Source: Nitrospinota bacterium
Lineage (GTDB): Bacteria > UBA8248
DNA: 10,220 bases
NCBI GenBank assembly: GCA_036231405.1
Contig: JAZAHK010000037.1
Coordinates: 1 to 10,220 of the forward strand
Direction of reading: 5' to 3'
Shown here: one piece after another, positions 1 to 6,474 of the stretch
Position numbering within the stretch: the first letter of the stretch is position 1
How the letters are laid out: each line of letters starts with the position of its first letter
The notes under the pieces: model-generated
The model's input: only the letters and a program-made list of their open reading frames with translations
Databases searched by the model: none
What the model was told of the DNA's origin: nothing
Program-made: the position numbers and the translations under genes

Positions 1-2
1 AA

Positions 3-455
3 AAAAAATTAGAATTGTATAATACGAAGTTCAAACCACTTGCTGATAAATATGGTGTTACTATAAATCCCCCAGACAAGAACTGCAGAACTACTAATGC
101 CCATTTAGCAACTATTTATTCCCGGGAAAAGGGTAAATTAAAAGAGTATAGAAACAGGATTTATAAGGGACGATGGGTAGAAGACTTAGATATTGAAGAT
201 CCAAAGGTGCTAGTCAAACTTGGAGAAGAAGTTGGACTAGATAGTAAAGAAATTAAAAATGTAATTAATGAGAAACGATACTTATCTGTCTTACATAGCC
301 AAAGAGCACAAGGAAAAAGTATAGGGATTTTTGGAATACCATCGTTCGTGATAAGAGGGAAAATATTTTGGGGAGTTGATGTAATTGAAGAACTAAAAGA
401 AGAAATTGAGAAAGTAAAACAAAAGCTCATAGAAGAACAGGAAAAAGAAGATTGA
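3..455 (+). CDS. DsbA/FrnE-like (DSBA thioredoxin-fold, 2-hydroxychromene-2-carboxylate isomerase-like) protein, 5' truncated
   Basis: The frame is open back to the window edge (AAA AAA TTA GAA TTG...). The protein has the family-typical segments 'W.EDLDIEDPKVLVKLGEEVGLD' and 'GIFGIPSFVI.GKIFWGVD' (cis-Pro loop). The N-terminal CxxC-type site lies outside the window. Confidence 0.8.
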   Translation, partial: KKLELYNTKFKPLADKYGVTINPPDKNCRTTNAHLATIYSREKGKLKEYRNRIYKGRWVEDLDIEDPKVLVKLGEEVGLDSKEIKNVINEKRYLSVLHSQRAQGKSIGIFGIPSFVIRGKIFWGVDVIEELKEEIEKVKQKLIEEQEKED

Positions 456-857
456 TTACATTTTTTTTCTTGGTATATGGGCAATCGCTTCAATTTCGAC
501 GATGTCCTCTTGATTCAATGCAGAAACTTCAAGGATAGTTCTCGTTGGAAAATTTTTTCCAAAAAACTCTTCATATAGTTCGTTAATAACAGGTCTGATT
601 TTTTTCATATCTGTTACGTAAACGGTGGTGGAAACGATATCTTGCATACTTCCCCCATTACTCTCAACAATAGATTTCAAATTTAACATCGTCTGACGAG
701 AACGTTTTTCAATATCATATTCGACAAGTTGGTTGTTTTCGGGATTTATACCTCTTTGCCCAGAAATAAACAAAAGTTCTCCAACCTGACGTACCTGAAG
801 AAAAGGACCAGTGGGATTGGGAATAGAATCGTCGAAGAATTGATCATGTGCACTCAA
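456..857 (-). CDS. RidA/YjgF/YER057c/UK114 family protein (reactive enamine/imine deaminase)
   Basis: Motifs 'GPFLQV...LLFISGQ', 'INELYEEFF', 'FPTRT' (catalytic Arg) and 'VEIEAIA' (conserved Glu). TTG start lies 1 nt after the upstream stop, suggesting translational coupling. Confidence 0.92.
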   Translation of the reverse strand: MSAHDQFFDDSIPNPTGPFLQVRQVGELLFISGQRGINPENNQLVEYDIEKRSRQTMLNLKSIVESNGGSMQDIVSTTVYVTDMKKIRPVINELYEEFFGKNFPTRTILEVSALNQEDIVEIEAIAHIPRKKM

Positions 858-858
858 A

Positions 859-1110
859 TTAAGATACCTGTAAATCTCTTATTTTTTTTTTGCCTTTACT
901 AGGCAGTTCTTCAGGAAAAGTATTCTTCAACCATTGCTGAGCAAGAATAAGACTTGCTGTTTCGTCTTTTCCAGGAACAAAAGCAATGGATTCTTCAATG
1001 CGAGAACCATCTTCATTCAACATAAAGACATCTACTCCAGAACCATAAAGATCATCATTACGGGATTCTAAAGAATATTTAACACCATTGTTTTCTAACT
1101 CTTGAATCAT
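859..1110 (-). CDS. Hypothetical protein (83 aa)
   Basis: ATG is preceded by a strong RBS (AAGGAG). It sits co-directionally between the hydrolase and ridA-like genes and abuts the latter. No family recognised. Confidence 0.75.
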   Translation of the reverse strand: MIQELENNGVKYSLESRNDDLYGSGVDVFMLNEDGSRIEESIAFVPGKDETASLILAQQWLKNTFPEELPSKGKKKIRDLQVS

Positions 1111-1190
1111 GCATTCTCTCCTTTCCTATTAATCCACATCCAGAATTCTAACAAGGACAAAGATTAACATCAATCAAAAAGAATTGATCT

Positions 1191-2351
1191 TTAATGCATA
1201 AGATGATCCAGGAACCAATCAGCAATATAATTACTCGCCAGACCAAGATTATCGACTAAACAGTGTTGACTTCCTCCATTTTCAGAAGAAAAAACTTTGA
1301 GTTGTTTATCTATAGAACCACATTCCTCAAAAAGTCTGTGCGCCATTTCAATTGGAGCTATAGTATCCTCAATCCCATTCAAAATTAAAATCGGCATCGT
1401 AATATTTGAAGCCACCTCAGCCAAATTGTATTTTTTACACTTTTCAATGGCACTATCAACATCATCACAACCCATAAGAAAAGGCAATTGCCACATATGC
1501 GCAGATGTTTCCGTACCTCCTGCTTCGAGAATCTTTCTTCTTTTCACAACCACTTCATGGATATCAAAGCTACATCCCCAGGCAACACAAGCCGCAAACC
1601 TTTTTTCAAAAGCAGCTGCGCGAGGGGCATAATATCCCCCCATACTCATACCCATAATACCAATTCGATCCGGATCTACGTTTTCAATAGTAGAAACAAA
1701 ATTGTACGCAGCTGTTGCAGGTACTTCATAGTCGAATCGACTAGGGATTTTTCCAAGACGAAGGGTTTCTCCTTGACCAGGTCCATCAATACACAAACAC
1801 CCAATCCCCCGAGAATGTAGATCCAGTCCTGCCCAAAGAGTCGTAATTTCTTTACACGCATCTGCACCGTCAAAAAAAACTACTGCAGGAATTTTTTCTT
1901 TCTCAGTCTTTGGGGGAATCCAAAATGCGTATAAAGGACCTTCTTCATATTCGATTTCCACCTTTTCAAATCCAGTTATACGTAGTTTCATTCCTTTGTA
2001 AAATCTTGAAGCAACTTTTTTATATGATTCAAACTTTCTTGGATCCTCAGGAGGAATTAATTGTTCGGCGGTATAAAGATAAACAGCACTCCTAATAAAT
2101 GCTCCAGACGCTGTCACAGAGTGACCTGCTTTGAGTTCCCTTTCAGCACAATCTAGAACGAATTCAGACATCTCCTTCCATTCTTCGAACCAAACCTCAG
2201 AATCTCCAATATTATCTTTAAGTTTCTTTCCAATTTGATCAATTTCCCAGAGGGAACTACCACCAACACGGGCAAGATTCAAAATCCCACAAAGCCTATG
2301 TGACCAAAGATAATTGTCAGGGAAATACCGAAACCAATTAGCTCCCTGCAT
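1191..2351 (-). CDS. Alpha/beta hydrolase, 2,6-dihydropseudooxynicotine hydrolase/FrsA-like family
   Basis: Helical N-domain, 'FFDGADACKE', 'DGPGQGE', nucleophile elbow GMSMGGYYAPRAAAFEKRF, and a likely Asp (GIEDT) and His (QHCLVDN) completing the triad. RBS GGAG lies 5 nt before the ATG. Confidence 0.88.
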   Translation of the reverse strand: MQGANWFRYFPDNYLWSHRLCGILNLARVGGSSLWEIDQIGKKLKDNIGDSEVWFEEWKEMSEFVLDCAERELKAGHSVTASGAFIRSAVYLYTAEQLIPPEDPRKFESYKKVASRFYKGMKLRITGFEKVEIEYEEGPLYAFWIPPKTEKEKIPAVVFFDGADACKEITTLWAGLDLHSRGIGCLCIDGPGQGETLRLGKIPSRFDYEVPATAAYNFVSTIENVDPDRIGIMGMSMGGYYAPRAAAFEKRFAACVAWGCSFDIHEVVVKRRKILEAGGTETSAHMWQLPFLMGCDDVDSAIEKCKKYNLAEVASNITMPILILNGIEDTIAPIEMAHRLFEECGSIDKQLKVFSSENGGSQHCLVDNLGLASNYIADWFLDHLMH

Positions 2352-2416
2352 AAGTACTCCATAATTTAGGATTAAAACTAAAAATCAACAGAATTCTATA
2401 AATTTTTTATATATAT

Positions 2417-2444
2417 AAGTTAAAAAACTTCTCAAAACAGTCAA
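2417..2444 (-). promoter_or_regulatory. Candidate sigma70 promoter for the hydrolase operon
   Basis: The minus strand reads TTGACT-N16-TAACTT. The AT-rich context makes chance matches possible. Confidence 0.3.
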
Positions 2445-2457
2445 AAACAAGTACAAT
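2429..2457 (+). promoter_or_regulatory. Candidate sigma70 promoter for the MerT-like gene
   Basis: TTCTCA(2429-2434)-N17-TACAAT(2452-2457), about 50 nt upstream of ATG 2509. It overlaps the divergent promoter candidate. Confidence 0.35.
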
Positions 2458-2508
2458 CGAATTAGTTATAACCTACTGATGGTACAGAGAAAAAGGGTTC
2501 TTTGAAAG

Positions 2509-2799
2509 ATGAATAAAATTACAATTTTAAGTACTTTAGTATGGGGTTTTTTTAGACATACACTTTGTTGATGGCCCTCTGTTCTAACAGCTCTTGGTCT
2601 AGGAGCGACAACAGCAGGAGTTTTAGGAAGTGTATTAACTACACTCCAAGTGTATAGTTGGGTATTTTTAGTGATAGCAATACTATCTTTTTGCTGGACT
2701 TTCTGGAAAACGAGACATAACACTCACAAACAAAGAATTTTTGTCTATCTATCTGGGGCATTTATTTTCTTAGTGTTCATCTATAAATTCATTTCGTAA
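2509..2799 (+). CDS. MerT/MerF-like small membrane protein with in-frame TGA (putative selenocysteine, C20-U21)
   Basis: Manual translation: MNKITILSTLVWGFFRHTLC(U)WPSVLTALGLGATTAGVLGSVLTTLQVYSWVFLVIAILSFCWTFWKTRHNTHKQRIFVYLSGAFIFLVFIYKFIS* (96 aa). TGA at 2569-2571 occupies the second Cys position of a MerT-like 'CC.P..L.ALG..G' motif. There are about three hydrophobic segments. The ORF fills an otherwise unexplained gap, and a SECIS-like hairpin follows the TGA. Confidence 0.78.
2576..2618 (+). promoter_or_regulatory. Putative bacterial SECIS element
   Basis: Lower stem CCU/AGG (2576-78/2616-18) plus CUGUU/AACAG (2579-83/2610-14), then an internal loop, then upper stem GCUCUU/AGGAGC (2590-95/2601-06, one U-G pair). 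The apical loop GGUCU (2596-2600) starts 24 nt after the UGA. Confidence 0.72.
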
Positions 2800-2833
2800 A
2801 TGTTGAAATACACTAATTTAGAAAGCACATCTT

Positions 2834-3799
2834 TTAATCTATCATTTGTTTCATTTTCGTAACCATTTCATTGGTTACGTTTCCACCAGTCACTGTAGCA
2901 ACTGTAATCAAGTCAGTAGTTACTTTACCAGAAAGAAAAGCTGCAGAAGCAACTGCTCCTGCAGGTTCCGCCAAAATCTTACAGCGATACAAAATTTCAG
3001 AGAAGGCATTAGCAATCTCCACCTCACTAACCAAGACAATTTCATCAAGATATTTCTGTAGATGCCGGAATGGGAAAAGACCTGGACAAACTGCAGACAA
3101 ACCATCTGCAATAGTATCCCAATAATCTATCAAGGTTGGTTCTCCTTTTTGAAGAGAAACAAAAGCAGCGTTTGCTTGTTCTGGCTGCACTCCAATCACC
3201 TTTATTTTAGGATTTGTCTGTTTTATTGCTGAAGAAATCCCTGCAGCAACACCACCACTACTTACGGGAACCAGAACTAGTTGCACTGCTTCCATATCCT
3301 CTAGAATCTCAAGTCCAATAGTTCCATGTCCAACAGTTGCCATTGGTTCCTCCCATGTATTTATTGCAGTCATACCCCTATCTTTCGCTATTTTCTCAAC
3401 CATAGGTTGACGAGAAAGTGCATCCTCTCCACAAAAAACTACTTCGGCTCCATAGCCTCTTGTAGCTTCAATTTTATATGAACTTGCACGATTTAGCATT
3501 ACGACCACTATTTTCACACCCATACAAGAACCTGCATAAGCAAAAGCTTGTGCAAAATTTCCTGAAGAAGTCAAAACTACACCCTTTGAAAGTTGAACGC
3601 TAGATAGCGAGTTTAAAATTGAAACTGCTGCTCTAATTTTATATGCACCCGTAACCTGGAGATTTTCCGCCTTCAAAAAGAGTTTTTCTTTCCCAACATC
3701 AGAAGAATCAGAAGAGAATGGGAGGATCGGAGTTCTTCTTATCCAACTAGGGAAATGAGATCTTACTTTTTGAATATCTTTCAATTGCACGTAATTCAA
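2834..3799 (-). CDS. PLP-dependent threonine/serine dehydratase (fold type II, catalytic domain only; serine racemase/TdcB-like)
   Basis: Motifs 'LKAENLQVTGAYKIR' (PLP lysine), 'SSGN', 'GHGTIGLEI', 'TIADGL', 'EPAGA' and 'TGGN'. No C-terminal ACT regulatory domain. TTG start follows a purine-rich RBS (AAGGGAAG). Confidence 0.92.
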   Translation of the reverse strand: MNYVQLKDIQKVRSHFPSWIRRTPILPFSSDSSDVGKEKLFLKAENLQVTGAYKIRAAVSILNSLSSVQLSKGVVLTSSGNFAQAFAYAGSCMGVKIVVVMLNRASSYKIEATRGYGAEVVFCGEDALSRQPMVEKIAKDRGMTAINTWEEPMATVGHGTIGLEILEDMEAVQLVLVPVSSGGVAAGISSAIKQTNPKIKVIGVQPEQANAAFVSLQKGEPTLIDYWDTIADGLSAVCPGLFPFRHLQKYLDEIVLVSEVEIANAFSEILYRCKILAEPAGAVASAAFLSGKVTTDLITVATVTGGNVTNEMVTKMKQMID

Positions 3800-3899
3800 T
3801 TTCTTCCCTTGAATAAAAATGTAGTATCTAATATTTTCTATTTTATTTTATGCGAAACATTCCATTTAAGAAACACCTTTAAGCTAAGTGGGAATATTC

Positions 3900-4655
3900 A
3901 TGATTATACAATACGATAGTTCTCTACAAACTTATTCACTCAAGAGGATATTCTTTTTACTTTCCCTTTCTTTTCTTGTTATTTCTTGTTCGCACAATAA
4001 CGCGATTGAAACAGGATATATAAAGAGACACGGGGAAATAAATCCACATGGAGTCAAACTTAAAATAGGTGCTAATGTTCCATCTATAGTTTCTGACTTT
4101 AACTCTCTCTATGATACTTTTGGGACTATTCGCTCTAGAGGAAGACATACAGGATTAGATTTTAAAGCACCTATTGGACATCCTGTCTTAGCTGCATCTG
4201 ATGGAAGAGTAATCAGGGCACTTTATCTTTCTTGTGGAGGCAATGGTGTTTATTTAACTCACGGAAGAGATAAAAATGGTAACTACATCGGAACCGGGTA
4301 TACGCATTTAGACAAAATCCTCATAAAAAAAGGACAATTAGTAAAAAGAGGAGAAAAAATAGGACTTGTTGGCATTACTGGTTCATGTGCTAGCGGGCTT
4401 GTTCCTCATCTACACTTTTTAGTTTTCAAAGCACGAAAGAAGTATCATCTCGGTTGTGCTTACATAAATAAAAATCCTGAAAAGGATTTACCTTGCAAGG
4501 GGAGAAGAATAAATCCTCATAGGTTTTGGTATGATGGAAAAGGGGTTATGTCCTGTTTCGATAAAAACAAAAATTATTTGGAGAAGGTTCGCACTAAATT
4601 AACCATTCCAGTTGAGTGTGTTAAAAATTCCAAAAAAGAAACATACATTAAATAA
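3900..4655 (+). CDS. M23 family metallopeptidase, probable lipoprotein
   Basis: Zn ligand motifs HTGLD (HxxxD) and HLH, plus 'PVLAASDGRV', 'YTHL' and 'VKRGEKIGLVG.TG'. Hydrophobic signal ends in a lipobox-like VISC. ATG 3900 has GTGGGA upstream; GTG 3888 is an alternative start. Confidence 0.88.
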   Translation: MIIQYDSSLQTYSLKRIFFLLSLSFLVISCSHNNAIETGYIKRHGEINPHGVKLKIGANVPSIVSDFNSLYDTFGTIRSRGRHTGLDFKAPIGHPVLAASDGRVIRALYLSCGGNGVYLTHGRDKNGNYIGTGYTHLDKILIKKGQLVKRGEKIGLVGITGSCASGLVPHLHFLVFKARKKYHLGCAYINKNPEKDLPCKGRRINPHRFWYDGKGVMSCFDKNKNYLEKVRTKLTIPVECVKNSKKETYIK

Positions 4656-4669
4656 AATAGGAATTGAAA

Positions 4670-6472
4670 ATGAATCAAATTAGCTCTGAAAAAATAAGGA
4701 ATATTGCAATTATTGCACACGTCGATCACGGCAAGACGACTTTGGTTGACGCAATGCTATGGCAAACTGGAGTTTTCAGAGAAAATCAAAATGTTAGCGA
4801 ACGCGTCCTTGACTCTATGGATTTGGAGAGAGAAAAGGGAATAACAATTATGTCAAAGACGTGTTCGGTTCAATATAAAGATACTCTTATCAATATTGTG
4901 GACACTCCGGGACATGCAGATTTTGGAGGAGAAGTAGAACGTGTAATGTCAATGGTCGATGGGGTAATTCTATTGGTAGATGCCTATGAAGGCCCTCTTC
5001 CTCAAACCAAATTTGTAGTAGAGAAAGCAATGCAAGTAAACCTACCATTTATAATTGTTATCAATAAAGTTGACCGTTCTGACCAAAGGGCTACTCAAGT
5101 GCTTGACGAAATATACGACTTATTTATCGATTTAGATGTCTCAGAAGAAAAACTGAATTTTCCAGTTTTATACGCTATAGCAAAAGAAGGAAAAATCGGC
5201 ATGGAGTTAGATAAGATGATGGAAAACCTCGAACCATTATTCGAGACAATTATTTCAGAAGTGCCACCCCCACTTTCTGATTCTAGTAAACCTCTACAAA
5301 TGTTAATTTCAAGACTCGAATATGACAATTATTTGGGCAAACTTATAATAGGCCGTATCAAGAATGGATCAATGAAGGTAAGACAAAAAGCATTAATTCT
5401 TGCGAAAAACAATACAAAAACTACGCAAGAAATCACTAAACTCTTTACTTATCAGGGAATAAAACTTACAGAACAGAAAGAAGCATCTTTTGGAGATATT
5501 GTTGCTATCGCAGGATTTGATGAAGCAGAAATTGGAGACACACTAACTGACCTAGAATATCCCTCTGCTCTTCCAAGAATAGAAATTGATGACCCAACTA
5601 TTTCAATGACTTTTAGGATAAATGACACGCCGCTATCAGGAGAAGGAAAATTCTTAACTAGTCGTCAAATCAGAGATCGACTTCTACACGAGACAAAACA
5701 TAATGTCGCTATACAAATTCACGAAACCGATTCTACAGATACCCTGCGTGTTTCAGGGAGAGGATGCCTTCAATTATCTGTTCTAATAGAGCAACTCCGT
5801 AGAGAAGGATACGAATTAACAGTGGGCAGACCAAAAGTGATTACCAAAGATAGCGAAAATGGAAAACTTGAACCCATCGAAAAACTAATTGTTGAAGTGA
5901 AAGAAGAATATATAGGAACAATCACACAAAAATTGGGACAAAGAAAAGGTAAAATGAACAACATGAAAAAAATAACAAGTGAGGATACTAGACTAGAATT
6001 CATAATACCAAGCAGAGGATTGATTGGTTATCATAGCGAATTCATAACGGATACAAGAGGGACAGGAATATTAACACATCTTTTCCAAGGTTGGGATAAT
6101 TGGCAAGGAGATATTAAAAGTAGAAATACTGGCGCAATAATTGCGGATAGAGGAGGAAAATCTACAGCATATTCCATAGAAAATATTCAAGAAAGAGCGA
6201 CTATGTTTATACACCCTCAAGAGATTATTTACGAAGGGATGATTGTTGGAGAAAACACTAGGGAACAAGACATGTATGTAAATATCACGAAAGGGAAAAA
6301 ATTAACTAATATAAGAGCATCAAACTCAGATATCTCGACAAAAATCATACCTCCAAAAATTTTTAGTTTAGAACAGGCATTAGAATTCCTTAGAGATGGC
6401 GAATGCCTAGAAGTAACTCCAACCACATTCAGACTCAGAAAATCTGATCTTCGATCTCGAAAACATGCATAA
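4670..6472 (+). CDS. typA: Translational GTPase TypA/BipA
   Basis: Motifs '[18 protein letters not shown]', 'EKGITI', '[14 protein letters not shown]', NKVD, 'LRREGYE' and C-terminal 'KKLTNIR...LEQALEF...EVTP..FRLRK'. RBS AGGA lies 7 nt before ATG 4670 (the track start is TTG 4664). Confidence 0.97.
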   Translation: MNQISSEKIRNIAIIAHVDHGKTTLVDAMLWQTGVFRENQNVSERVLDSMDLEREKGITIMSKTCSVQYKDTLINIVDTPGHADFGGEVERVMSMVDGVILLVDAYEGPLPQTKFVVEKAMQVNLPFIIVINKVDRSDQRATQVLDEIYDLFIDLDVSEEKLNFPVLYAIAKEGKIGMELDKMMENLEPLFETIISEVPPPLSDSSKPLQMLISRLEYDNYLGKLIIGRIKNGSMKVRQKALILAKNNTKTTQEITKLFTYQGIKLTEQKEASFGDIVAIAGFDEAEIGDTLTDLEYPSALPRIEIDDPTISMTFRINDTPLSGEGKFLTSRQIRDRLLHETKHNVAIQIHETDSTDTLRVSGRGCLQLSVLIEQLRREGYELTVGRPKVITKDSENGKLEPIEKLIVEVKEEYIGTITQKLGQRKGKMNNMKKITSEDTRLEFIIPSRGLIGYHSEFITDTRGTGILTHLFQGWDNWQGDIKSRNTGAIIADRGGKSTAYSIENIQERATMFIHPQEIIYEGMIVGENTREQDMYVNITKGKKLTNIRASNSDISTKIIPPKIFSLEQALEFLRDGECLEVTPTTFRLRKSDLRSRKHA

Positions 6473-6474
6473 AA

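Noticed and set aside
1169-1188. Weak hairpin ATCAAT-N8-ATTGAT after the hydrolase stop
   Set aside because: The 6-bp AT-rich stem has no proper U-tract and is too weak to call a terminator.
2479-2505. In-frame uORF MVQRKRVL ending in TGA 3 nt before ATG 2509 (second Sec or leader peptide?)
   Set aside because: No RBS, no Cys-like context and no hairpin after this TGA. Most likely chance, though a regulatory role is not strictly excluded.
2569-2571. TGA read as Trp or Gly (genetic code 4/25)
   Set aside because: Several kb of long genes, including Trp-rich ones, contain no in-frame TGA, and TGA ends the gene at 453-455. Genome-wide reassignment is therefore unlikely.
2466-2723. 85-aa minus-strand ORF from the track
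   Set aside because: It is the antisense shadow of the MerT-like gene, with no RBS or family features.
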